Program-made: the position numbers and the translations under genes
Shown: positions 24,592 to 37,155 of the stretch, one piece after another
Position numbering within the stretch: position 1 is the stretch's first letter
Layout of the letters: every line of letters starts with the position of its first letter
Notes under the pieces: model-generated
The model's input: only the letters and a program-made list of their open reading frames with translations
What the model was told of the DNA's origin: nothing
Database searches by the model: none
Origin: Phyllobates terribilis
Lineage: Eukaryota
Assembly: GCF_046119375.1 (NCBI RefSeq)
Contig: NW_027362768.1
Span: forward strand, 311,798,001-311,862,000
Reading direction: 5' to 3'
Length of the DNA: 64,000 bases

Positions 24592-25410
24592 CTATAGGTA
24601 ACAGTCATTGTTAGCTAATCAGTGGAGTCTCCATTTGGATTCAGACGTCTGCTTCCCTGGTATTGGGGGCATAGCCTAATGATTGGTCATCTCTATTCTA
24701 CTCTTGGAAAACCCCTTCATCTGTGTGATGTAGGAAATGGACAAATTTTGCAAAGAAAGTGTTTGGGTTTGAGTGAGAAACTGGGAAATTTACTGTCATG
24801 CTCCTGAAAATGAACCTTGTACAAATCCTAATTTCCCCTGTTACTTGGTAATTTACAGGAGATGATATATGTTTCATGTGCTGTAGAGAGGAGACCACGA
24901 AAATGAAGAAGAGGAGACCACCCCAAGACCATGTAAGAGCAGAGATTTACAGAGCAAGCCTTCTAGATGACATAATGATATAGATGATTCCTTCCTACTG
25001 TATATATCTGACTGCAAAGATAGCGGCCATTTATTACTTATCACTCATGCATCTAATTTACCTAATTTTTAAGAGGTTTTGGAAGATTTTTTTTTTACCT
25101 TAAGGGTTCTTTGCTGCCTTAAGACTGGATAGTACCATGTTTGCACAGGTTTCTATTTGGATACTATTCAAAGAAATGACATGCAATTTTTTTTTCCACC
25201 AGGTTTTTCTAAACTTCTTCAAGGAAGAAAAAAAAGCTAAAAAACCCTCCTCATATAAACAACAAAGTGGATTTCCCATAAGAATGAACTGGAATCAAAG
25301 CAGTTAATTTTTGAGGTGGATTTTGGAGAGGATTTGCTTAAAAAAAAATCATCAAAAAATTCTATGTGCACATTCATGATGTAACCAAGTGTTAGCTTTA
25401 GGGCTCGCTC

Positions 25411-28050
25411 ACTTCTTTACCATCTGACAACAACATCTTGCAACTTCCTTACCATCTGGCAACACCATCTAGCAAATTCCTGACATCCTGAGGATAGCTC
25501 ATCAATATCTTGTAACTGGAATGCACTTTAACATTATTGTTTGTTATATCTCCACTCTGTATAGGAAACTTCCTTACCATCTGGCAACATCATCTGGCAA
25601 CATCCTTACCATCTGGCAACACCATCTGGCAACAACATCTCGCGACTTCCTTACCATCTGGCAAATTCCTGACGTCCTGAGGATAACTTATCAATATGTT
25701 GTGACTGGAATGCACTTTAACATTATTGTTTGTTATATCTCCACTCTACATAGGAAACTTCCTTACAATTTGGCACCATCCTTACCATCTGGTAACATCA
25801 TCTGGCAACTTCCTTACCATCTGGCAACACCATCTGGCCCTTTCCTGACATCCTGAGGATAGCTCATCAACAGCTTGTGACTGGAATGCACATTAACATT
25901 GTTTGTTATATCGCCACTCTATATAGGAGCCTTCCTTACCATCTGGCAACGTTCTTACCATCTGGCAACGTCCTTACCATCTGGCAACTTCCTTACCATC
26001 TGGCAACATCATCTGACAGCTTCACTACCATCTGGCAACTTCCTTACCATCTGGCAACATTTAACAACTTCCTTACCATCTGGCAACAACTTCTCGCAAC
26101 TTCCTTACCATCTGGCAACACCATCTGGCAAATTCCTGATCTCCTGAGGATAGCTCATCAATATCTTGTAACTGGAATGCACTTTAACATTATTGTTTGT
26201 TATAGCTCCACTCTGTATAGGAAACTTCCTTACCATCTGGCAACACCATCTAGCAATGTCCTTACCATCTGGCAACACTATCTGGCAACAACATCTCGCA
26301 ACTTTTTTACCATCTGGCAGCAACATCTTGCAACTTCCCTAGCATCTGGCAAATTCCTGACGTCATGAGGATAGCTCATCAATATCTTGTGACTGGAATT
26401 CACTTTAACATTATTGTTTGTTATAGCTCCACTCTACATAGGAAACTTCCTTACCATTTGGCAACGTCCTTACCATCTGGCAACATCATCTGGCAACACA
26501 ATCTGGCAACTTCCTTACCATCTACCAACACCATCTGGCAACTTCCTTACCATCTGGCAACACAATCTGGCAACTTCCTTACCATTTGGCAACATTTAAC
26601 AACTTCCTTACCATCTGGCAACAACATCTCGCAACGTCCTTACCATCTGGCAACACCATCTGGCAAATTCCTGATTTCCTGAGGATAGCTCATCAATATC
26701 TTGTAACTGGAATGCACTTTAACATTATTGTTTGTTATATCTCCACTCTGTATAGGAAACTTCCTTACCATCTGGCAACACCATCTTACAAATTCCTTAC
26801 CATCTGGCAACATCATCTTGCAAATTACTGACATCCTGAGGATCACTCATCAATAGCTTGTGACTGGAATGCACTTTTAACATTATTTTTTGTTATATTT
26901 CCACTCTATATAGGAAACTTCCTTACCATCTGGCAACATCATCTGGCATCGTCCTTACCATCTGGCAACTTCCTTACCATCTGACAACAACATTTCACAA
27001 CTTCCTTACCATCTGGCAACACCATTTGGCCCTTCCTGACGTCCTGAGGATAGCTCATCAATAGCTTGTGACTGGAATGCACATTAACATTGTTTGTTAT
27101 ATCTCCACTCTATATAAGAAACTTCCTTACCATCTGGCAATGTTCTTACCATCTGGCAACGTCCTTACCATCTGGCAACATCATCTGGCAACTTCCTTAC
27201 CATCTGGCAACACCATCTGGCAACTTCCTTACCATCTGGCAACATTTAACAACTTCCTTACCATCTGGCAACAACATCTCGCAACTTCCTTACCATCTGG
27301 CAACAACATCTCGCAACTTCCTTACCATCTGGCAACACCATCTGGCAAACTCCTGATCTCCCGAGGATAGCTCATCAATATCTTGTAACTGGAATGCACT
27401 TGAACATTATTGTTTGTTATATCTCCACTCTGTATAGGAAACTTCCTTACCATCTGGCAACACCATCTGATAATGTCCTTACCATCTGGCAACATCCTTA
27501 CCATCTGGCAACACCATCTGGCAACAACATCTCGCAACTTCCTTACCATCTGGCAGCAACATCTTGCAACTTCCCTAGCATCTGGCAAATTCATGATGTC
27601 CTGAGGATAGCTCATCAATATCGTGTGACTGCAATGCACTTTAACATTATTGTTTGTTATATCTCCACTCTACATAGGAAACTTCCTTATCATTTGGCAA
27701 AGTCCTTACCATCTGGCAACATCATCTGGCAACTTGCTTACCATCTACCAACACCATCTGGCAACTTCCTTACCATCTGGCAACATCATCTGGCCCTTTC
27801 CTGACTTCTTGAGGATAGCTCATCAATAGCGTGTGACTGGAATGCACATTAACATTATTGTTTGTTATATCTCCACTCTATATAGGAAAATTCCTTACCA
27901 TCTGGCAACGTCCTTATCATCTGGCAACTTCCTTACCATCTGGCAACATCATCTGGCAACTTCTTTCCATCTGGCAGCATCATCTGGCATCTTCCTGACC
28001 ATCTGGCAACAACATCTCGCAACTTCCTTACCATCTGACAACAACATTTC
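25411..28050. repeat. Compound satellite, segment 1
   Basis: Conserved core of about 90 bp (TTCCTGAC.TCCTGAGGATAGCTCATCAATA...TATAGGAAAC) followed by a variable number of TTCCTTACCATCTGGCAAC and ACCATCTGGCAAC subunits. Confidence 0.95.
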
Positions 28051-28704
28051 TGTCAGAACCCTCCTGATTGTTTTTTTCCATCTTGTGTTTTGCGGTCACG
28101 TGACCACCTGCCTTTATATTCCAGCTCCGCCCTTTTGGCTGTGCTGGACTTCAGTGTTTGACTGTTTCTCTAGCCTGGTGCTTCGGTGCCTTTCTGTCAG
28201 TTCTTTTGGTCCTTCTGGGACCTTTAGTATCTTTTTGTCAGTTTGTCTTTTTGTGTTCTGCAACAACTTCTCTGTTTAGGAGGTGTCCCATTTTGTCCCA
28301 GTCCTTAGTTCTTTTAGGGATTCCTCCCTTTTTGCTATAGGTCTTCGTTCAGACTAGCCGAGGACTAAGGCGGGTCTGTTCGCTAGGAACAGACAGCCCG
28401 CTACATCGTAGGGATTCAGCTTAGTCTTACTGTAGGGACAGCCTTCCCCTATCTTTCCTTAGTACTTGTTACAGATCATAACAGTAAGTCCAGCCCAAAA
28501 AACTAAAAGGAAAGAAATTCGGGGATCAGTTTGGTTTCCGTCCAGGATTTGACTCAACGCCTGCAGGGATTGTCTTTGGAGGTGGCCGAGCTTCAGCAAC
28601 ACGTGAGTAGCTGTTCTGGAGCGCATTTTGTTTAACCCAAGGTAGGACTGCCTGATGTTTTTTATGGTAAACAGCAAGATTTTTTTTCCTTTAAAAATGC
28701 TTGT

Positions 28705-31700
28705 TTGTTATATTTTCGCTTGAGACCAAGATCCTCTGGGAATGAATCACAGCACATTGGTTTTATTATGTCACTTTTGCGGAGTGAGCCACAGGAGTGG
28801 GCCTTTTCTCTCCAACCTAATGATCCGTGTTTAAGGTCTGTAGAAGAATTTTTTTCTGCTATGGGTCTATTATATGATGATCCTGACCGAGTCTCATCTG
28901 CTGAGGCAGAACTCAGGTGTTTGAATCAGGGGCCAGGTAATGTTGAAAATTATTGCACACACTTCAGGAGATGGGCTTCAAGAGTTAAATGGAATGATCC
29001 TGCGCTGAAATGTTTGTTTCTTGCTGGTCTGAGTGAAAGGGTTAAGGATTTGCTAATTGCATTCCCCGCGCCTGAGACTCTGCAGGATGCCATGCAGTTA
29101 GCTGTTCCTGTGGACAAGAGACTGATGTCCAGGGTAAATGAGGTAAAGACTCCTGTAATGTCAGGTCCTAGTCCCCAGAAAATCTGCTGTGACGGCGGAG
29201 AACCGATGGAGTTTGGAGCGATGTCACTCCGCTCTCAGGAAAGAGACCGGAGGTTCGCCGAGGGATTGTGTCTTCATTGTGGTAAAGCTGACCATTTGAT
29301 TAAGTATTGTCAGCTTCATTTAAGTAAAGAAAAAAAAAATGTCAGGTACGCCCGTATAGCTTGTTTACTCTATGCAGGAGTATTTCTTTCTGGGAATCCT
29401 ACTTTGCAGGAAAATTTGATTGAATTTCAGGTATTTGTGGATTGTGGTTCAACACTTAATGTGATTGATAAAGGGTTTTTGGAAACCTTAAATTGAAATA
29501 CAAACCTTTGTCATCACCTATTTCTGTGATTGCAATTGATAACACTCCCTTGAAATGTATTACTCACAAGGTTGCTGCATTTCCCCTCACTATCAATTGA
29601 GTTCACCAAGAAATTTTGGACTTGGTTGTATTATATAATTTACTCTCTCCGGTCGTTTTAGGTTTGCCTTGGTTAAAACTGCACAATCCTTTACTGGACT
29701 GGTCTACTAATGTGATTAAGTCTTGGAGTCTGAAGTGCTATGATAAATGTTGTAATGGTCGCATTGCTGCTATGGAGAAAGGGGAATTACCTGTACCTAT
29801 TCAAGATTTTTGGAGGTTTTTTTCAGAGGAGGAGTCGCAAGTTTTACCTCCTCATAGGGATTATGTTTGCGCCATTGAGTTTGTTCCTGGAGCTACTCTT
29901 CCCAATAGTCGCTTGTTTAATCTGACTATTCCAGAAAGAAAGGCCTTGGAGGAGTACATACAGACTAGTCTGGCTGCTGGTCACATTAGACCTTCTAAGT
30001 CGCCCGTGGCAGTTGGATTTTTCTTTGTTAAAAAAAAGGACGGCGATTTACGTCCATGTCTGGATTTTCGCAAAATTAATAAGATTACCGTACGCAATTC
30101 CTAGTCATTGCTGTTAATTCCTGACTTGTTTAACAAGTTGGTGGGGGCCAAGTGGTTCTCTAAAATTGATCTCCGGGTGCATACAATTTGTTACGAGTGA
30201 AGGAGGGTGATAAATGGAAAACTGCTTTTAACACACCGGTCTGTCATTTTGAGAATCTGGTGATGCCTTTTGGTCTTACCAATGCACCTGCATTTTTTCA
30301 GAACCTTATTAATGACATCCTGAGACCTTTGATTGGTAAGAATGTGGTTGTGTATTTGGATGACATCTTGATTTATTCACCAGATTTAGAGTCCCATTGG
30401 CAGAGTGTACGTGAAGTTTTGCAGTTATTGAGTGATAATTCACTCTTTGCTAAGCTGGAGAAATGTGAGTTTGCTGTGCAGAAAATTAGTTTTTTGGGCT
30501 ACATTGTTTCCAGCGAGGGCTTTGAGATGGACCTGGTGAAGGTTCAGGCTGTGCAGGAATGGCCTAGGCCTATTGGTTTGAAATCTATACAGAGATTTTT
30601 GGGTTTTGCCAATTATTGCAGGAAATTCATTAAGAATTTTTCTATAATTGTTAAGCCTCTGACCGATCGCACCAGGGAAGGTGTGAATACGGCCCAGTGG
30701 ACTACTGAGGCCATTGAAGTGTTTGAGTATCTCAAAGAGAGGTTCAGTTCTGCCCCTATCCTTATGCAGCCTGATGAGACCAAGCCTTTTTTGGTCGAGG
30801 TCGATGCTTCATCGGTGGGGGTTGGAGCAGTTTTGTCTCTGGAGAACAAGGATTGAGTACATCCTTGTGCCTTCTTTTCGAAAAAATTTTTGGAAACCGA
30901 ACTGAATTATGATGTTGGAAATCAAGAGTTGCTGGCTATTAAACTCACATTTGAACATTGGTGTCATTTTTTGGAAGGCGCTAGATTTCCTATTCAGGTT
31001 TTCACTGATCATAAGAATATGATCTATCTGGATGCTGCGAAGCGCTTGAATGCCCGTCAAGCTAGGTGGGCACTTTTTTTTTCTCGGTTTCATTTTTTTG
31101 TTACCTATATCCCTGGTACTAGCCGATGCTTTATCTCGCAGCTTCTCTCCTACGGTTGGTGCCGAGGAGGAGGAGAGCATTTTACAGGAAGGAGTTGTGG
31201 TGGCGGCTTTGGGCTCCGTTTTGGAGAATGGGATTCTGAAAGCTCAAGATGATGCTCCATCTAACACTCCCCATGGGAGGTTGTTCGTGCCTAGAGCCTT
31301 TAGGAGGGATTTGTTTGTGGAGTGTCATGAGTCTCGGTTGACAAGTCATCCAGGAATTTCGGAGACTAAGAGACTTATCAGTCGCAGTTTTTGGTGGCCT
31401 GGATGGCAGAAGGAAGTCATCAAGTGGATGCATCAATGTACTGTGTGTGCTAGGTCAAAGGCTTCACATACTCCTGCTGTGGGGTTGCTTTGCCCTCTGG
31501 AGGTTCCTAGTGCGCCTTGGACGCATCTCACAATGGATTTTATTACTGATTTTTCTGTGTCCGAAGGTTTTACTGTCATCTGGGTGGTCGTGGACCGTTT
31601 TAGTAAGATGTGTCATTTGGTTCCATTCATTAAGTTGCCCTGCGCCAAGACACTCGCTAAGGCGTTTGTTAAGGAGATTGTCAAGCTCCATGGCGTTCCC

Positions 31701-32474
31701 ACTGATATTGTTTCTGATAGAGGACCTCAGTTTGTGGCTCGCTTTTGGCGTGCTTTTTGTGACAGGTTGGGAGTCCATTTGTCATTTTCGTCTGGTTATC
31801 ATCCTGAGTCTAATGGACAGACTGAAAGGAAGAACCAGGATGTTGAACAGTTTTTGCATTGTTTTGTGGCGGACAATCAAGAGGTGTGGTCTGAGTTTCT
31901 GCCTCTCGCAGAATTTGCTCTTAACAATCATACATCCTCCTCTGCTCGGTGTTCTCCTTTTTTTTGTTGTACTGGGAGACATCCGTCTTTTGGTTCGTTC
32001 TCCAAATTGGGGTCGGCGGTGCCGAAGGAGGAGAATTTTTCCGGTGATTTGGAGAGATTTTGGACTAATGTACGTTGCAACCTTCAAGAGGCTAACAAGA
32101 AGTCCAAGAAGTATTTTGACAGGAAACGTAAGGAGGTTTTGTTTACTGTGGGTGACATGGTTTGGTTGTCCTCGAAGAACCTGCGGTTGAGGATTCCCTC
32201 TAAAAAACTGGGTCCTAAGTTTGTGGGTCCATTTAAAGTGCTTCAGGTTGTTAACCCGTCTGCTGTTAGGTTGGATGTCCCTACTTCCTGGAAGATTAAT
32301 CCTGTGTTTCATGTTTCCTTGTTGAAAAAGGCTGATGTATCTGATAAGGACGCCACTGTCACAGTTCCTCCTGTGGTGGAAGACGGCGAATATGAAATTT
32401 CTCGTATCTTGAATTCTAGATGGCATACAGGGAGACTACAGTATCTTGTCTCCTGGAAGGGTTTCGGTCCCTAA
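28705..32474 (+). pseudogene. Family A gag (CCHC: CLHCGKADHLIKYC) and disrupted pol
   Basis: ORFs 28705-29496, 29616-30104, 30188-30856, 30890-31252 and 31050-32474, with RT YLDD, RNaseH, integrase and chromodomain motifs. Confidence 0.92.
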
Positions 32475-32652
32475 GACAACTCCTGGGTAAGGACGGATGA
32501 TGTCTCTGCTCCTAGGCTTCTTAAAGCTTTCCACAAGAGGTTTCCGGATAGGCCTGGGCCTGGAGGATCCGGAGGATCCTCATAAAAGAGGGGGTACTGT
32601 CAGAACCCTCCTGTTTGTTTTTTTTCCATCTTATGTTTTGCGGTCACGTGAC

Positions 32653-33845
32653 TGACGCGCCCCCTGGGCTGTGGGGTACTCGGTGCCGGGCCGGTCGTTG
32701 CTAGGGGAGATGTCACAGTGGCGGTGACTCGGTCCGTGACCCAGGGCGGTCAATCCAAAGGGGAATATTTAGAGGGGATTTATAGTTTTTATATACAGTT
32801 CGTGACGCCACCTGTGGTATGCGGCTAAAGGGAGCCGCCGCTGCGGAGCAGGCCCTCTGGAGCTGATGTGAATGCAGCAGAGTTGGTTTAGCTCTCCACA
32901 GGTAGAGCTTAGCTCCAGGGCAGTGTAGATGTTGCTGTTATGGTGTAGTTCAGAGGATGGCGAAGATAATGATCACAGAGACAGTAAGGTGCAGTGCTCA
33001 GGGTTTACTCACGGTTTCTTAGACTTCCAGTTACCAGTACTAGAGTAACTTCCCACGGTGTCCTGTGCTTACTTGGGGAGGGGTTCAGCAAACTCCCAGG
33101 TCTCTCCGGAGTGCGTAACTGGACCCCCTTCTGTGTGTTCCTTCTGGCCGTCTCCCTGCACCTCACACCCAATGTCTCAGGCCAGTGGCCGCAGACCTTG
33201 CCATGCAACGTCTTCTCTGTCCCCTGGGTCCTCTATGGCCACCTTTCTGGTGATTAGATGTGGCTTTTGGCTGCAGTACCTGAAATACTGCAGCCTCCGG
33301 TTTCCTAGTTGAGGCTTAAAGAACTCTGCTAGTTTAGGGACCGGTCCCCTCTATGCGACCTGACCCCTCCACCTCCTGGAAGATTCGGGCGTACGGGTGG
33401 CCTCCAGCACTACCCGTACCCCTGGAGTCCCTTCCACGTTCCTGGAGCCTTTCCTGCTCCTCTCTCTCTCCAGTCTTGGGCCTCTCTGGCTAGGCCCTCC
33501 TCCTGAGCAGAGCTCCTGCTCCCTCTACTTCTCCTCTCAGACTTATCTGTCCCTTCAAGATGGCTTCTCTCTTTATACTATTCCTAACAAGTGCTCCCCT
33601 GATTTCCTTCCTCCACCCACACCCACTACATGGTTCCCCCTACTTTTGTTCCCCCCACTCCAGCCAGAGACATGGCTCAGCAGGAAGCGACACATCTTGC
33701 CCCTCCTGCTGGTCTGGAGTAGTGTAGTGTTGGATGCAGGTGTTAGGGTCCCAGGCCGTACTCCTTCCTTACCTGAGAGTGAGATACCACACCTCTGGGT
33801 GAGATGCAGTACCTCTGTGGCAACTGAACCCTCAGGGGCGCCACA
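32653..33845. mobile_element. Solo LTR of a third family inserted in the family A 3' LTR
   Basis: Ends TGACGCGCCCC...GGGGCGCCACA (imperfect inverted TG...CA); 4-bp TSD TGAC at 32649-32652 and 33846-33849; the host LTR resumes exactly after it. Confidence 0.85.
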
Positions 33846-34221
33846 TGACCATCAGCCTTTATATTCCAGCTCCGCCCTTTTGGCTGTGCTGGACTTCAGT
33901 GTTTGACTGTTTCTCTAGCCTGGTGCTTCGGTGCCTTTCTGTCAGTTCGTTTGGTCCTTCTGGGACCTTAGTACCTTTTTGTCAGTTTGTCTTTTTGCAA
34001 CAACTTCTCTTTTTAGGAGGTGTCCCATTTTTGTCCCAGTCCTTAGTTCTTTTAGGGATTCCTCCCTTTTTGCTATAGGTCTTCATTCAGACTAGCCGAG
34101 GACTAAGGCGGGTCTGTTCGCTAGGAACAGGCAGCCTGCTACATCGTAGGGATTCAGCTTAGTCTTACTGTAGGGACAGCTTTCCCCTATCTTTCCTTAG
34201 TACTTGCTGCAGATCATAACA

Positions 34222-35908
34222 ATTTCACAACTTCCTTATCATATGGCAACACCATCTAGGAACATCCTTACCATCTGGCAGCACCAACTGGCAGCTTCCT
34301 TGCCATCTGGCAGCTTCCTTACCATCTGGCAACACCATCTTGCAAATTCCTGCAATCCTGAGGAAGCTCATCAATAGCTTGTGACTGGAATGCACTTTAA
34401 CATTATTTTTTATTATATCTCCACTCTATATAATAAACTTCCTTACCATCTGGCAACACCATCTGCAACGTCCTTACCATCTGGTAACGTCCTTACCATC
34501 TGGCAACACCATCTGACAACTTCCTTGCCATCTGGCAACAACATCTCTCAACTTCCTTACCATCTGGCAACAACATCTCGTAAATTCCTGATGTCCTGAG
34601 AATAGTTCATCAATAGCTTGTGACTGGAATGCATTTTAACATTATTGTTTGTTATATCTCCACTCTATATAGGAAACTTCCTGACCATCTGGCAACGTCC
34701 TTACCATCTGGCAACTTGCCATCTGGCAACTTCCTCTGGTAACTTCCTTACCATCTGACAACAACATTTCACAACTTCTTTACCATCTTGCAACACAATC
34801 TAGCAAATTCCTGACTTCCTGAGGATAACTCATCAATAACATGTGACTGTAATGCACTTTAATATTGTTGTTTGTTATATCTCCACTCTATATAGGAAAC
34901 TTCCTTACCATCAGGCAACACCATCTTACAAATTCCTTACCATCTGGCAACATCATCTTGCAAATTCCTGACGTCCTGAGGATAGCTCATCAATAGCTTG
35001 TGACTGGAATGCACTTTAACATTATTTTTTGTTATATCTCCACTCTATATAGGAAACTTCCTTACCATCTGGCCACATCATCTGGCAACGTCCTTACCAT
35101 CTGGTAACGTCCTTACCATCTGGCAACCTCCTTACCATCTAGCAACTTCCTTACCATCTAGCAACTTCCTTACCGTCTGGCAACTTCCTTACCATCTGAC
35201 AACATCATCTGGCAACTTCCTTACCATCTGACAACAACATTTCACAACTTCCTTATCATCTGGCTAATTCCTGACGTCCTGAGGATAGCTCATCAATATC
35301 TTGTAACTGGAATGCACTTTAACATTATTGTTTGTTATATCTCCACTCTATATAGGAAACTTCCTTACCATCTGGCAACGTCCTTATCATCTGGCAACTT
35401 CCTTACCATCTGGCAGCATCATCTGGCATCTTCCTGACCATCTGGCAACAACATCTCGCAACTTCCTTACCATCTGACAACAACATTTCACAACTTCCTT
35501 ATCATATTGCAACACCGTCTAGCAACATCCTTACCATCTGCCTGCACCAACTGGCAACTTCCTTACCGTCTGGCAGCTTCCTTACCATCTGGCCAATATC
35601 TGACGTCCTGAGGATAGCTCATCAATATCTTGTGACTGGAATGCACTTTAACATTATTGTTTGTTATATCTCCACTCTATATAGGAAACTTCCTTACCAT
35701 CTGGCAACACCATCTGGCAACCTCCTTACCATCTGGCAACTTCCTTACCATCTGACAACATCATCTGGCAACTTCCTTACCATCTGACAACATCATCTGG
35801 CAACTTCCTTACCATCTGGCAACAATATCTTGCAACTTCCTTACCACCTGGCAACACCATCTAGCAAATTCCTGATGTCTTGAGGTTAACTCATCAATAG
35901 CTTGTGAC
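34222..35908. repeat. Compound satellite, segment 2
   Basis: Same units, continuing in register after the Gypsy TSD. Confidence 0.95.
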
Positions 35909-36689
35909 CATAGGCAGATTATAATGAGGGTAATTTGGGCTACCGCCCGGGGCCCGTGGCTCCGGGGACCCCGAGGCTCTGGGGGGCCCCATGAATTGCC
36001 CCCATTATAATCCGCAATCTCATGTGTGTTATCATCGGAGCGGGCCGCAGGCTGTGATGCTGGGCCCTCCCTGTCGCATGACGTCACGCAGAGCAGGACC
36101 CAGCATACACAGTGAGGGCATGTCTGTTCAAAAGCTGTGACTCAATCGCTGACTGGTCTGCCGAAGAGGAGCCGCTCCACCTCCCTCGCTCCCCTGCCTG
36201 AGCTGAGTAGCTGAGCAAGCTGGCTTGTTATGATCTTCTATATAGGCTGGCAGTGCTGCAGTTAGCTCCTCCCCATGAGCGCCCTGATTGGTCCACACTA
36301 GACCCTGCGTCCAAGTGAGCTGCTGCAGCAGAGATTGTGCCTAGACTGTGCCTGGCCTGGACCAATCATCATCAGGCTCATATGTAAGTGCTGCTGGAGC
36401 CAATTTAGTTTTTTTTTTAATGAATTGCAACATATAATGTTACTGTGGGAGTGGAGTGGATGTGATGGGAATAGGGGGAGCTGATTTGGGGTAGAGGGGT
36501 GGGGGGGCACTAGGTGCCTTGTGTACTGAGATTATGTGCAATCTCATGTCATAGCTGCTGTCTGGGGAGGGTGGAGATAGGGAGGTAGGGGCATATTATA
36601 TTTACAGTTTAGAACTTATAATAAGCCCCTGCCTGATAGTATAACAAGCCCCCATACAGAAACTATGGCATGAGCTGCACTGTGTCTAA

Positions 36690-37052
36690 AGGGGTTGTCC
36701 GGTCTAAATCTATAAGTCTGCCGTGACTCTATGTGGCTACAGACATGTGACTCCTTACATTGCGCACTCTGTGAGGATTCACCATTGCCCATATCAGCGA
36801 GTATGCAATTTACATGCACTTGGTCACATTCCAGCTGCGCGGCCTCATACAATACAAGTGTATTGAGCGAGACCGGAAACAGTGTAGGTGGAATGTGGCC
36901 AGGTGTTTGCATATCACATACTTGAGGTCACATGACGACCCGCTCCCTGCACTGGAGAGTCCTGACAGTGCGCTGTGCGAGCAATGTGAGGATTCACAAG
37001 TCTGCAGTCATATAGTCACTGCAGACTTGTATCTGAAGACCAGACAATCCCT
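36690..37052. mobile_element. T2/Kolobok-type palindromic MITE
   Basis: Ends AGGGGTTGTC...GACAATCCCT with TTAA-like flanks and internal inverted similarity. A second left end (TTAA AGGGGTTGTC) at 37096 is cut by the Tc1. Confidence 0.65.
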
Positions 37053-37155
37053 CTAATTGTTTCATAATGAGCAGCTTATTATTTGTATAAAGTTATTAAA
37101 GGGGTTGTCTGGGCTTGGGATAAAAGTCTGCATGTCACTCTACAGTATACATATA

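Larger units (their letters stand above)
20860..24932 (+). other. Four putative short exons of a degenerate or low-complexity host gene (20860-20931, 21145-21217, 21695-21753, 24887-24932)
   Basis: Each purine-rich cassette sits between a shared acceptor-like motif GATGAT..TGTT(C/T)CATGT....AG and a GTAAG donor. Confidence 0.4.
28051..34221 (+). mobile_element. Full-length Gypsy chromovirus, family A, inserted in the satellite
   Basis: 5' LTR 28051-28483; 3' LTR 32598-34221 (interrupted); TSD ATTTC at 28046-28050 and 34222-34226. Confidence 0.97.

Noticed and set aside
25411-28050. Constant core plus variable block, superficially like a CRISPR array
   Set aside because: The variable parts are permutations of the same short subunits rather than unique spacers; the context is eukaryotic and there are no cas genes.
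25521-28279. Many ORFs rich in LPYHLAT / LTIWQ
   Set aside because: These are translations of the satellite subunits, with no evidence of coding.
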